Shown here one piece after another: positions 23,827 to 35,678 of a stretch of 64,000 bases of DNA. The stretch is from Macrostomum lignano (lineage: Eukaryota), in NCBI GenBank assembly GCA_002269645.1, contig NIVC01002560.1, positions 1 through 64,000 on the forward strand, in the 5' to 3' direction. A program made the translations under genes and the position numbers. Below the pieces are notes generated by a model that worked only from the letters and a program-made list of their open reading frames with translations, searched no databases and was not told the DNA's origin. Position 1 is the first letter of the stretch. Each line of letters begins with the position of its first letter.

Positions 23827-26598
23827 TCACACAAGCGCTTCTACTTGTGCAGCCGCCAGTGGGTCGCTGGGTAGCGGACCAGATCTTCGCCGCAGGTTCA
23901 TCTGCTTCTGACCTCTCGTCTCTCGCGACCGCATCGCCGTCAAGCAGACCAGCTCGATGAGTTCAAAGGCCACCGCCAAGGTGCAGCCGATGGTCAGCGA
24001 GCCGAGGCCGCCGATTCGAGCCAGCAGTGCCGGCAGCGTGATCTGCAGAACCTCCGTGCGCAGGAGAGTGTCGTATGAGCTACGGCTCACAGTCACCAGG
24101 GTCAGCTTCTTCAGCTTCAGCCGCTGCTTGCGCTCCGCCTCATCACTGCTGCTCTGTTGAGAGGCTCTGATCGCAGCATAGCAATCGTAGAGTAAAAGCA
24201 ATGCAATGCTTATTGTTTTCAAATTATTCAGGTAAACAATATAAAAGCATCTCTCACCTCATCGCAGATTTTCGATTCGTGCTAAGGTAGCTCTCCAGAG
24301 TCCGATCTGCCGCCTCGCGGTGGCTGTAACTGACGTTTTGACGCGCCAGCACCTCCTAGGAATGCGTGACATTCAATGCCAGACGCAGTTGTGAAGCCGA
24401 AGGTAGCCAGCGGGCTGAGCTCGCCTGCAGCTCGTAGCGGTTGAAGTTGCACCTCTGTGGGCAGTGCTGCGAGCGAAGCTTCGCTGTCCGGGTGGGCAGC
24501 CGGATGTCCCGGACGCAGTTCAGCCGCCGCCCCAGCAACTGGTCGTGCAAGTGACAGAACGGATGCGTAGCATTCGGCGGGCTGGCGACCAGGTGGAAGG
24601 CCGACACGCAGCCACATTCGGCAAGAATGAGGCGGCCGATGGCCTCGCTCATGCAGCCAGTAAAAGTGTACCGGTACACCTGATCGAAGTCACGCAGTCG
24701 CCTCTCCGGAGTTTCCGGACTGCAGCCTCCGGACAGTTCGACTGACTCCGCATCGTCCGAGCTGCGACCGCCAACGCTGAGCCGTCGCCGTTGAACAAGA
24801 CGATAACGCAGCTCCGAGTTCTGCTGAAGACCAACGCTGACGCCGTGCCTGTCGATGTCCGGATGCGTTCCGGGCTCGTGCAGCGTCACCCGCATGCCCA
24901 GCGCCTGGGTGAACACGTCGTGCACGTGGGCCCGGAAGTGCTCTGCTTCTTGCTGGCCATTGCTGTCTGCGCTGCTGCTTCCTGAGTCGCTATCTGCATC
25001 CTCATCGCCCTGCGGCTTGAGAAGGTCACCGGACTGTAGCACCAGAGAGACGGAGCTCACCTGAGACGAATCATAACGATAATTTATAGCACGAGACGTT
25101 CGCAATGATAATCGATCGATAGGGTCGTAGGATCGTAAATCTAACAGAATTTTTTCGCATAACTGAACTAGAGCCCAGTAATACCTCTGTTAATTTGTTC
25201 ACACGAATCGCTTCCGTGTGATGTCCAAGTCAAGTGCTACGCCTCGATTCCCGATAGTCTGTTTAACACTAAACAATGTCTGCTGCGCGCGCGCTTCCAT
25301 GAAGTACGAGCCAGCACTAATTAATGGCGTGTTAGCACCACTTGTTTGTGAAATCCTAGTTAAGTTCATAAAGGTCAAAATTCTTCAGCCCACAATACGC
25401 GCACCTGGATCGAGTAAACCCATGGCTACGAAGTTACTTTCAACCCACCTAGGTAGGACGTTAGCGAGTTTTTCCATAATTGTTTTAGCTAAAATAAGGT
25501 TTGACATTTGGGCTTGGAACAGGAGCCACACGTCCGCATAGTGCCTTCACAGCTTCACCGCACCGCCGACAATAATAATGAAGCGATACCCACAGAAATT
25601 TGTTTCCCACCTGAGGCGAGTCGGACTCATCAATGGTAATGTCGTAGCAGTTCAGGTACAGCGGGTGCCGCGCCAGCTGAATGGTCATCCGGCAGGTCTC
25701 GTCGTGGCTCACGGATGGATTGTTGTTCTTGGAGTGGCGCATCAAACACAGCAGCACCATCTCCTCCGGTCGCAACCCGACTGAACGGGCCTCGTCCACG
25801 CCCAGGTTCTGGAAGTAGGTGGACAGCTTGTCCGTGAAGAACAGCTCCTTGGCGGCGGGCCGGTAAGCGTTCAGCATGCTGGCGCGCAACTCCTATTGAA
25901 ATGAGCACCAGCGAAGCATGTTTGTTGTAACCATGAACTTTCCCTGAGTGTACGAAACAAACTCAGACTAGCTAGAGCTTCAAGTTTTATCGGCATCGGA
26001 AATTTTTCGCCGTTGTGATGAGGAATCGGGATTCACTGGTGTAGGGTTCTTGTTTTATTATGACCCAGTCCCATAAACATCGACTGGTTTTATTGCACAT
26101 GGTGAACAGCAACTCTAAACTTTGGATCTTTTTGGATACATGTCGAACGAAAAGTCTAAATTTTATGTCCTTTTGGCTGCTTCTAAGCGAGAGTTCGATG
26201 CTTATGATTTCTAAAAAATGATACCAAGGGTTTCTCGTGTAGCTATTGTTTCCCTCCTGACCCATAGCTTGCGTCACCTGGTTGAGCTGACCCGGCGATT
26301 TCACTCGGCCGGACTGCCAGAGTCCCGCCGCGGCGAACCCGATGGGACCCTGGCTGCACAAGCAGATGGCGGGCAACGGCGTTACGTGCTGTACTCGATC
26401 ACTCTCTTACACGGTCACGTGATAGTCCAGGTATAACACCAAGTAGTAGACGCTGCTGAGCAGCAGCGTTGCCATGGAGATGAAGTAGACCAGCCAGAGC
26501 ACCCGGAGGCCGGTCACGGGTGCGCGGTAGAAGCCCCGGAAGCCTCGCATGGAGTTGCGCTCGATAAACGTCTCCAGACAGAGTCGCAGAAGGCCCAT
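23827..26598 (-). pseudogene. DEG/ENaC (amiloride-sensitive channel family) gene with two in-frame stop codons
   Basis: Exons 26598-26278, 25892-25611, 25060-24258, 24166-23827 join in frame (1746 nt). TM1 (LRVLWLVYFISMATLLLSSVYYLV), PLPAICLC, HPLYLNCY, Cys-rich CGC...C...C..RC, TM2 IGGLGSLTIGCTLAVAFELIE. Internal TAA at 26409-26407 and TAG at 24358-24356. Confidence 0.8.
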
Positions 26599-27673
26599 GA
26601 CGCTGGGGATGAGGACATTCTTCACAGATGTACAATGACCACAGTGTACAAGCTAAAAACAAGAAAGTTTTAAGCATCCAAGGCTGTTCTGAGCCTCCAT
26701 CCCGAGCTGAGTTCCTATTGGTTGCACAAACTGCAGAAGAAGGCACGCAGAGATTCGGTAGAAATGTTTTTCTACTGGCGCGTGACTGGCTGATTTGCGG
26801 TAAGATTTGATCAGGGCCCGGGAACAGCAGTTGGCATGATCGCTTTATCAGTAGTGGCTACTCGAAGTAGCATGTAAGATATATTCCCGATTCGTAACTT
26901 TCAATACGGTTCAGGTCCGGATCTGTCTCGCTTCCTGTTTCTTTGAGATGGCGTTAAAATATATACCGAAAGCAAAAAACAGACGTGTGTACCGACGTCA
27001 GGACTCTCGTTGAGAAGCATCCGACAGTAAAGACAACGAAGTTCACATTTTTACTAAGTTTGAAAGTATCAACTTCTGGGTTAACACCCGGCTCAGTACA
27101 GCCTACGTCCAGGTTTCGCCACACCACCGTCCAGTTGCAGCAACAGGGCAGACAGAATCAAACGGTCGGAACCAGTTTAAAACTATAGTAAGCCCTACCG
27201 TGGCTGCTCGAGCTATTACTGAGGCGCTCGCGACTGCCGTTTTCGAGTCGGCTAAAGTGTTTATTTTGGGCACAGACTGCTGTAATAGTTGAAAAAAATA
27301 AGAGCAAAATGTACTAAAAAACAGTGCGAACATGTATTTGGCAATAATTAGTGCAAAATAAGTAGGACGAAAATGGAGAATGCGTGGTCTGCAGTGTTGA
27401 GGAGTGCAGTAAAGTTGCGTATTTAACCAAAGCGTACGCACCATAAACTAATGCTGCTAAGATGAGCTGAGGTAGACTACTGACGCTTGGGGGAATCTAC
27501 TTATCTATTTTGGAGTCAGCTCGCCCGAAAGCAATTAATCCAGTGAAGCCAGCGGCAGACCGCTATCTCTGGATTGAGTTGCCACGTCATACTTTTCCAG
27601 TGGAACGGCTTCAATATAATAATTGTATCACGTTCCTTCTCCCAAATCCCAAATCTCTGCCTCAGTGCCGAGA

Positions 27674-30600
27674 CTACTCGCCCACCGCCCTGGCGTAGAG
27701 CGGCTCGCTCTCCAGGCGCCTCGACTGCAGCATCTGGGAGCGGGCCAGGTCCCGCGCCTTGCTCATCTCCACCGCCTGTACGGCCGCGTCCGCCCACTTG
27801 ATGTTCTGGTCCATGGCTTGCGATGTGGAGCCGCCCCGCTCCGGATACACGTGGTTGAGCAGGCGCTGCAATATTCATTGCATATAATTACTACATTTAC
27901 TCCAAGTATGGCTTTACTATTTACAACTAAATAATCTTGTACGTGCGTACGTACGCTAAACTAAAAGTGGTTTGTCGGTATGTCTGTCTGTCGGTATGTG
28001 TGATCTATTTTGCAGGATGACGGTATGTGTGATCTATTTTGATCTATTTTGCAGCTTGCTGCCTGCAGGATGCTTGCTATCTGGGGGATGCTTGCTGTCT
28101 GCAGGATGCTTGCTATCTGGGTGGGTACTTGCTATCTGCGGTTGCTTACTCTTGGAGGGTGAGGGTGCTTGCTATCTGGGGGATCGATACTTGCTATCGA
28201 TACTTACTAAGGGGAATGTCTGTTATCTTTGTGAAAGTTTTATTTGTCGTCTTTTTTAATTTTAGATAAAAAGAATCATAGCAAACAAATTTGTCCGTGA
28301 CAATTTTAGTTGAATAAGGTGATTTCTAAAACTGAAGAAGGAATCGGTTCTTAAGAAAATGTGCTTTTTTTAATTGTTTTCCATAAATAATTTTTTCTCT
28401 TTGCTTATTGGGCGCCCCGAATGGGGGCACTAGATTGCTAGTCTTGTTAGTACGCTAAAAGCTCAACGTAAAACGCGGCTTAAAAGCTTTTCAAAACTAA
28501 CCAATCAGTGGGGAATGCCTTAAATACTCAGAAGATGAACTAAAATTAGTGGATACGCTGTAAGAAAACTGACCTCCATTCTGTCGTTCTTTGGCTCCAA
28601 GACTCCCCACTGCTGGCGCTTCTGCACCATCTTCCAAGGCGTCTGCTCCACCGGCCTGGACTTGGTCTTGCGGAACGGAGCCCGAAGGGAGATCTCGCCG
28701 AACATTCGCTGGCAGGGGCCGGTGCGCTGGTAGTTGAAGTACAGATCCGTGTTGTCGGGCGTGTTCTCCTTCAGGAACATGGACACCGCGGCCGGGGCTC
28801 CGTAGGGCTTGCGCCATTTGTAGGGCGGGAACAGAAGGCTCATCATCTTGTCGCACTGGTCGATGGAGGAGTAGCTCGGACCGCGGATGATCACCACCAG
28901 GTACTTCAGCCAGCGGTATTTGCCCATGCGCCGGTTCAAGATGCGCCGAGTCACCTGATTGAGCGAACCAGTGCGCAGTAATGAGGACAAGTTAAGTGGC
29001 ATCTGGTTGTAAGCAGTGCTCAATATAACCTATATTTACTGTTCTATTGCGAATATCAGAAAACACCGTATTTCATATATTGTCATTACTGAATCAATGT
29101 CAAGGTCTTAATTTATTTGCAGTCTTAATTTATTTGCAGTCTTAATTTATTTGCAGTCTTAATTTATTTGCAGTCTTAATTTATTTGCAGTCTTAATTTA
29201 TTTGCAGTCTTAATTTATTTGCAGTCTTAATTTATTTGCACCACGGTGCAGATAAATGCCGCTACCTCCTCGTGGTCAGAGCGGAGAGCCGCGCTTAACT
29301 GCTGCGGCGGCCAAATGCGGCAGGACCAAGCGAGGGCAGCGGAGCGCCCGTCGGCGTGTTGAGCGCCGGCGTGAGCGGAACCGACGAGGCCGGCTGCGTG
29401 GCGCCGCCCGTCGAGCTGCCGCGCGGGTCCACTCGGATCCTCCGGGTGGCGCCGGGGACCGTGAGGCTCAACTGCATCGAGCCCCAGCCGTACCACAGGG
29501 CATGCTTCGGGTCGGGACGCTGAACTGCCGCACTCTCAAGGCTGCTTGGCGTAGAGGGGTGCTAGCGAAGCTGGCGTACGACCTGAGCTGCGACATCATC
29601 TCGCTGCAGGAGGTGTCTATCAAGGCCGACCCGGGACTTCATTGTGAGGACTTGGGCGCCGGGTGGACCCTCTACTATACTTCTGCGGACCAGCGAGGCC
29701 GTGGAGGAGTTGGAGCGCTGATCGGGCCGAGGCTGCAGCAGAGCTGTCGCTGCGTCTCCCTGTCCCCCCGGTTGCTTCGGATCGACGTCCGGCTACGCGG
29801 TCGGAATGCTCGCCTGTTCTGCGCGTACGCGCCCCCTGCCACACGCCCTGACGAGGCTCAAGAGTTTTTCGAGCAGCTCTCAGTGCAGGTAGAGGCGACG
29901 GCGCAGCGTGACACAGCGGTCGCCCTCGGAGACCTGAACGCAGTCCTGCGTAGGTCCGAGAGGTCGCTGTTCGTGACGCCACGCGGGAACAACAACACCG
30001 AGGCACTGGAGGACTTCCTGGAGAGGCAGGACATGGTGTCGGCCAACACCCGCTTCCGCAAGCCACTGAGCGGTCTCGCAACCTTCGTGGGCTGCAAGCG
30101 GAGGCGACGGAACGCGCGTGGCAGGAACGCAACCCGGAGACAAGCACAGCTCGACCACGTGCTCGTGCGTTTCCGTGAGCGTCGTCGCGCCGTCAACTGC
30201 CGCACCATCACGCCGCTGGCTCTGCGGTCCGATCACCGGCTCCTCATCTGCGACCTCAACCTTCGCGATCCGCTCTACCGTCCGCCGAAGCGGCCACCGC
30301 GGCGCTACTACCGCGCGCTCAGAGCCACCGATACGCAGCGTCGCTTTGCTAGCGCCTTTAACACCGCGCTGGGCGACAAGCGTGGAAGTGCCGAGTATGC
30401 GGAAGTGTGCGCTGCAGTCAGAACCGCCGCGGAGCAAGCAGTCCCGATGATGCAGCCGGCTCAACGTGGGCAGCCGGTCTGGCAGGACGACCCCGCGATT
30501 CAGGCAGCGAGGGAAGATCTGGAGAAGCTCCGCTTGAGCAGGCAACCAACCCGCGAGGCAGAGGCAGCTCTGGCAGCTGTCTACCTGCAGCGCCAACAAG

Positions 30601-33600
30601 CGGCTGTCGATGACGCCATTCAGGCTGTCTCTGCCGCTGGGCCCGATGCCAGAGGGCGCGTGGCCTGGTCCGCCATCAACGCTCTGACGGGACGAAAGCG
30701 GCGCAATCCGCTGAACCTGGCTGGTGACACGCCGGACGAGCGTAGGAACGAGCTGCGCGAGTTCTTCGCCGCCATCGTCAACGCGCCGCCACCCCCGCTG
30801 CCAGACAGTCTGACGCTGCCGCCGGAGACGCCGCTGCCGGCAGAGGAGAGTTTCAGCGTAGCCCCAGTCAACGCAGCCGACGTTGTCAAGCTCGCCCAGC
30901 AGTCACCGGGCGGGAAAGCGCTGGGTCCGGACGAGGTGCCCATCGAGGCGCTGCGCATCCCCTGTGTGGCCGCTGAGGTCGCCAGAGTGATGAACCGCGT
31001 GCTCTTCGGTGAGGCGGCGCCCAACGAATGGACCACGGCGCACATCGTCGCTGTTCCAAAGAAGCCGGGCACCACTAGGCTTGAAGACCATCGAGGCATC
31101 TGCCTTCAGTCCTGTGCAGCGAAGCTGTTCAACCGGATGCTGCTTTCGCGGTTGCAGCCCGTGCTGGATCCGTACCTGCGCCCAGAGCAGAACGGGTTCC
31201 GGCCCCATCGCGGCACAGTGGCACAGATCCTGGCTCTTCGCCGAGTCATCGAGGAGGCGCGGATTCGTCAGTCGATACTGATTTTAATCTTTATTGATTT
31301 CAAGAAGGCATTCGACTCGGTTGTCAGAGCCGTGCTTCCAATGGTGCTCCGCGCGTACAACGTGCCTGAGCAGCTGATCTCCGCCGTCATGGCGATGTAC
31401 CGTGATACGACAGCTGCTGTGACAACACCGGACGGCCTATCGGACTCCTTTGAGACATCCTCCGGAGTGCTTCAGGGAGATACGCTGGCGCCGTTTCTGT
31501 TCGTCCTGGTGCTTGACTGGGTGCTGCGGACTGCTCTTCCTACCGACGACGACGGTTTTCTGCTGCAGCGACGCGTGGGTCGACGTCAACCGGAGAAGCG
31601 GCTCAGCGTGCTTGGCTACGCCGACGACCTCGCCCTGCTGTCCTCGACCGTCGAGGGCGCCCAACGGCAGCTGGACAGGCTGGTTGCCGTTGCGGCGAGT
31701 GTCGGCCTGGTGGTCAACACGCAGAAGACCGTTGTGCTCTGCGTGCTGGACGACATCGAGGCTGCAATATTTTGCCGAGGCGCTGACGGGCAGGCGACCG
31801 AACTCCCGCGATGTCAGCAGTTCGTCTACCTCGGCGGTCTGGTTCCAGACGCTCGCGAGGACCTGCGACGCCGCCGCGGGCTTGCCTGGGCTGCCTTTCG
31901 TTCTGTGAGGGCAGTCCTGCAGTCCGAGGCCCTACCGGACCGCCAGAGGGCGGCGCTGTTCCAGGCGGTAATCGAGACCGTCCTGCTGTACAACGCCGAG
32001 ACCTGGACGCTGACGGACTCACTCGAACAGCAAGTCGATGCGGCGCACGCTGGTCTGCTGCGCGCCGCCTTCAACATCGGCGTCGAGCGAGTCACCAACG
32101 CGGCACTCTATCGCCGCGCTGGCCTGCCACGTCCAAGTGATCTACTGCGCCGTCGGCGACTCCAGCTCGCAGGCCATCTCATCCGCGCCGAGTCGTACTG
32201 CCCACAGCCGGTGCAGGAGGTGCTGCTGCTCACGCTGCAGGCACCCTACCGGCGAGGTCAAGCGCGAACTCGGCGTTATGTCGACTGTCTGCTGGCTGAC
32301 GCCGGCGCCCCGGACACTGCCGGTGGCGCGGCCTTTGTTCGCGCCCAAGCCATGAAGCGCGCCCTGTGACGCTGACTTTTACCATCATGACAGCGTATTT
32401 TGTTGTTGTTGTTGTTGAATCAAAAAGAGCGATTTAGCGAGCCTTTCCAGAGGGCTAAATTGGCACCGACACAAATCTGGTAGTTTTCGCTACTACTGGA
32501 AACTCGAAGAAAAAGAAGTAGTTTAAGATTCAGTTTCGAAAGGAAAATATTAGCTTATTTAAGTTTTAGTGCAACAGCTATCCAAGTACTCGTGTAGTCT
32601 CTTACCTCAATTTCGCATTTGGTTCGATTTGCCACAGAACGAAATCGTTCCGGGTCGACCAGAAACGCCTGGATCATATCGTCGGACAGCATGACTATGA
32701 ACTCCTTGATGTGCACGTCGGCAAACACGCTCATGCATCCGATTACCACGCCCTCCTTCTCCAGGTGCCCTGTGGGCAGCTTCTTCAGTGTGTCCTTGGC
32801 GTCGTCATCCTTGCTAGGCCCGCGCAGAGCGTCAATCTTCTCGCCGTCCAGGTACCGCTGGAAGTGCCTCATGGCGTCGTCCATTTCGCCCTCGCCCTCC
32901 TCCTCATCGCCGCCGTCATCAACATCGTCATCGCTCTCCATGGGCTGGCCGGAGGGTTCGGCGCCAGCCGCTTCAATGACTTCGCCATGCTCGCTGCTGG
33001 ACTCGCTGAGCTGCTCGCCGCCGAGGTTCGGAACCGCGGCCCACTCGCTGGTCAGGCCGCCGCCGCCCTCAGCTCCTCCCCCTTCGTCGCCGGGTTTCGC
33101 ACCGCCTGCACTACCGCCTCCGTCGGCACCGCCGCCTTCCTCACTCACGGGCGTTGGAGTCTCGTCCGAGGGCCGCTGCTGGTCCAGCGATTCGTACTCC
33201 AGCGAGTTGCCAACCCTTGAGAGGACAAGTGCAATAAAAACGAAAGATAAGAATAGCTGTTGTTGTTATGTAAGTGTGGTCTTTGTTGCAACAATCCTAT
33301 CACGAGTTTTTTGTAATAATTTTCTTTAACAAATGTTGCGTAAGTGAAGAATCATTTACTTGTATTTATATTATTGATATACATGCAACAGCAACAGTGA
33401 TCGAAAGTTTTAAATTTGCCACATCTGATGGACAAATATTACTTGCATTCACTCGAATTCCAGAAGCGCCCCTCTTTGTCTTAGTGTTCTTTCAGTATTT
33501 CTGTAAAGTATCATAGGGCTAAAAAGTTGGAACTCACACATTGGACATATTCGAGTCGCTGTCCATGATTATGTTGATGTTGAGGTCAGTGGCCATTCCG

Positions 33601-33953
33601 CTGCTCTGCAGTTCAGTCTCGACGCGCGTCTCCTTGCCTGACTTAGACTTGTGAACCTGCACATCCCGGATGCCGCCTCCAGAGACCGTGTTGCTGTTGT
33701 TCCTGCTTGTACCCGCACGCTTCGCTTCGTATTGAAAAATTTCTGGTCGTGACTATAAGAAATAAGAGATTGCCTTGTTGCAATGGAAACGAATAGCTTT
33801 AAATGTAATTAGCATAGAGTCACTTTTGACAGTTCTTTCACTGTAAGTCCCAAGTTTTCAGGACTTTTCGCTTACCCAGTCATATATCGACTCATTGTCA
33901 CGCTCGCTACGGGAGAGAAGCCACCTCCAGGAGTCATTGTTGAAATCGTCCAT
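27674..33953 (-). CDS. Uncharacterised 5-exon protein (~491 aa), acidic/Gly-rich middle, possible degenerate KH-like fold
   Basis: Exons 33953-33876, 33752-33538, 33215-32606, 28954-28574, 27865-27674; canonical GT-AG, phases 0/2/0/0 compatible (1476 nt). Junction reads ...RSVANRTKCEIE|VTRRILNRR...LVVIIRGPSYSSIDQC. Intron 3 contains a LINE. Confidence 0.7.
28052..28200. repeat. Degenerate ~18-bp repeat (GATGCTTGCTATCTGGG-like)
   Basis: Repeated tgcttgctatct / tgcttgctgtct cores. Confidence 0.55.
29105..29240. repeat. 17-bp tandem repeat (GTCTTAATTTATTTGCA) x8 at the LINE 5' end
   Basis: Eight perfect copies directly upstream of the LINE ORF. Confidence 0.95.
29256..32369 (+). CDS. LINE endonuclease-reverse transcriptase polyprotein (1037 aa)
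   Basis: APE motifs VGTLNCRTL, IISLQEV, ALGDLNA, QLDHVLV, RSDHRL; RT motifs EQNGFRP, IDFKKAFDSV, GVLQGDTLAPFLF, YADD, YLG. Confidence 0.93.
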   Translation: MPLPPRGQSGEPRLTAAAAKCGRTKRGQRSARRRVERRRERNRRGRLRGAARRAAARVHSDPPGGAGDREAQLHRAPAVPQGMLRVGTLNCRTLKAAWRRGVLAKLAYDLSCDIISLQEVSIKADPGLHCEDLGAGWTLYYTSADQRGRGGVGALIGPRLQQSCRCVSLSPRLLRIDVRLRGRNARLFCAYAPPATRPDEAQEFFEQLSVQVEATAQRDTAVALGDLNAVLRRSERSLFVTPRGNNNTEALEDFLERQDMVSANTRFRKPLSGLATFVGCKRRRRNARGRNATRRQAQLDHVLVRFRERRRAVNCRTITPLALRSDHRLLICDLNLRDPLYRPPKRPPRRYYRALRATDTQRRFASAFNTALGDKRGSAEYAEVCAAVRTAAEQAVPMMQPAQRGQPVWQDDPAIQAAREDLEKLRLSRQPTREAEAALAAVYLQRQQAAVDDAIQAVSAAGPDARGRVAWSAINALTGRKRRNPLNLAGDTPDERRNELREFFAAIVNAPPPPLPDSLTLPPETPLPAEESFSVAPVNAADVVKLAQQSPGGKALGPDEVPIEALRIPCVAAEVARVMNRVLFGEAAPNEWTTAHIVAVPKKPGTTRLEDHRGICLQSCAAKLFNRMLLSRLQPVLDPYLRPEQNGFRPHRGTVAQILALRRVIEEARIRQSILILIFIDFKKAFDSVVRAVLPMVLRAYNVPEQLISAVMAMYRDTTAAVTTPDGLSDSFETSSGVLQGDTLAPFLFVLVLDWVLRTALPTDDDGFLLQRRVGRRQPEKRLSVLGYADDLALLSSTVEGAQRQLDRLVAVAASVGLVVNTQKTVVLCVLDDIEAAIFCRGADGQATELPRCQQFVYLGGLVPDAREDLRRRRGLAWAAFRSVRAVLQSEALPDRQRAALFQAVIETVLLYNAETWTLTDSLEQQVDAAHAGLLRAAFNIGVERVTNAALYRRAGLPRPSDLLRRRRLQLAGHLIRAESYCPQPVQEVLLLTLQAPYRRGQARTRRYVDCLLADAGAPDTAGGAAFVRAQAMKRAL

Positions 33954-34310
33954 AGTGCTGGAGATTTTCGAACGTATTTCGTTGATAGATTCAGCACATC
34001 AACACAGAACTGCTATGCAGCTTCAGTAGTTGTTTACCCATAATTTCTAACTGCATTTGCATTTGCATGGAATGTGGTCTGTTAAGAGCCATAGACGGCT
34101 GAGTACAGAGTCAGGATGCCGAAAATAAACTGGATCCGCGTGCCCCCGGAAGAGAGAAGCCAGCTGCAGCCATAGACACCTGGGGATTTTATCAACCTGT
34201 ATTATTTGATAATGGAATCGCATTAAACATGCACTTGTGCCCAAGACCGGCTCAGGAATTTACTGATATAGGCTATACTGCTAATTTTAGTTTATCGAAT
34301 CAAAAGCAAA

Positions 34311-35678
34311 ATGCGCGAGTGCATCTCCATACACGTTGGCCAAGCGGGAGTGCAGATTGGCAACGCGTGCTGGGAGCTTTATTGCTTAGAGCATGGTATC
34401 CAACCAGACGGCCTGATGGCTTCCGCTGGTAGAGAGAAGTGCGACGACTCTTACAACGCATTTTTCTCGGAGACCAGCTCCGGTCACTACGTGCCTCGGA
34501 CTGTCTTTGTTGACCTGGAGCCGACCGTCATTGACGAGGTGCGCTCCGGCACCTACCGGCAGCTGTTTCACCCGGAGCAGCTCATCACTGGCAAGGAGGA
34601 TGCAGCGAACAACTACGCACGCGGCCACTACACCATCGGCAAAGAAGTCGTGAGCAGCGTTCGCGAGGTCATCAACCGAGTAGCGGAGAACTGCGCCGGC
34701 CTGCAGGGCTTTCTGGTGTTTCACTCGTTCGGCGGTGGCACTGGAGCCGGCTTCACCTCGCTGCTCATGGACAAGCTCTCTTCTGAGTACGGAAAGCGAG
34801 CGAGGCTGCAGTTTGCCGTCTATCCGGCGCCCCAAGTGTCCACAGCCGTGGTGGAACCGTTCAACGCAATTCTATGCACTCACGGCACCCTGCGACACTC
34901 GGACTGCGCTTTCATGGTTGACAACGAGGCCATATACGACATCTGCCGGCGCAACCTTGACGTTGAACGGCCAACCTACACAAACTTGAACCGCATTATC
35001 AGTCAGATTGTCTCCTCTATCACGGTGTCGCTTCGCTTCGATGGCTCTCTCAATGTTGACATCACCGAGTTCCAAACCAACCTTGTGCCTTACCCGAAAA
35101 TTCATTTCCCACTAGCAACGTACGCCCCAATTATCTCAACCGAGAAGGCTCACCATGAGCAACTGAAAGTGAAGGAGATTACCAACGCCTGCTTCGAGGC
35201 CTCCAATCAGATGGTGAAGTGCGATCCGCGGCACGGAAAGTACATGGCCTGCTGTCTGCTTTACCGCGGTGACGTTTCATCGAAAGACGTGAACGAAGCC
35301 ATTCAGAAGATCAAGAGCAAGCGTGAGATCCAGTTTGTTGACTGGTGTCCCACCGGCTTCAAGGTGGGCATCAACTATCAGCCGCCGACCACGGTGCCAG
35401 GCGGGGACCTGGCAAAGGTGCCGCGCGCTGTCTGTATGCTGAGCAACACCACCGCCATTGCAGAGGCCTGGGACCGACTGGCGTACAAGTTCGATCTGCT
35501 TTATTCGAAGCGCGCCTTCGTCCACTGGTACGTTGGCGAGGGCATGGAAGAGGGCGAGTTCGCCGAGGCCCGGGAGGACCTGGGGTCCATGCAAAAGGAT
35601 TACGAAGAAGTTGGCGTTGACAGCGTCGAGGGTGAGGAGGAAGAAGTCGACGAGCTCGAAAAGGACAAAGATGAATAG
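34311..35678 (+). CDS. TUBA: Divergent alpha-tubulin, intronless (455 aa)
   Basis: [30 protein letters not shown] start, GGGTG(A)[30 protein letters not shown]; single uninterrupted ORF. Confidence 0.97.
   Translation: MRECISIHVGQAGVQIGNACWELYCLEHGIQPDGLMASAGREKCDDSYNAFFSETSSGHYVPRTVFVDLEPTVIDEVRSGTYRQLFHPEQLITGKEDAANNYARGHYTIGKEVVSSVREVINRVAENCAGLQGFLVFHSFGGGTGAGFTSLLMDKLSSEYGKRARLQFAVYPAPQVSTAVVEPFNAILCTHGTLRHSDCAFMVDNEAIYDICRRNLDVERPTYTNLNRIISQIVSSITVSLRFDGSLNVDITEFQTNLVPYPKIHFPLATYAPIISTEKAHHEQLKVKEITNACFEASNQMVKCDPRHGKYMACCLLYRGDVSSKDVNEAIQKIKSKREIQFVDWCPTGFKVGINYQPPTTVPGGDLAKVPRAVCMLSNTTAIAEAWDRLAYKFDLLYSKRAFVHWYVGEGMEEGEFAEAREDLGSMQKDYEEVGVDSVEGEEEEVDELEKDKDE

Larger units (their letters stand above)
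29098..32415 (+). mobile_element. Full-length non-LTR retrotransposon (APE endonuclease + RT, RTE-like single ORF), antisense in an intron
   Basis: Candidate TSD TGAATCAA at 29090-29097 and 32416-32423; 3' (TTG)n tail; 5' 17-bp tandem array; uninterrupted ORF 29256-32369. Confidence 0.85.

Noticed and set aside
23827-26598. Alternative genetic code (TAA/TAG read as Gln) explaining the ENaC internal stops
   Set aside because: TAG is the apparent true stop of alpha-tubulin (35676-35678) and of the 27674 gene, and no other gene has in-frame TAA/TAG
28312-28342. Second hammerhead-like string CTGAAGA-AGGAATCGGTTCTT-AA-GAAA
   Set aside because: Extra bases lie between stem II and GAAA, and no stem I or cleavage triplet pairing is evident
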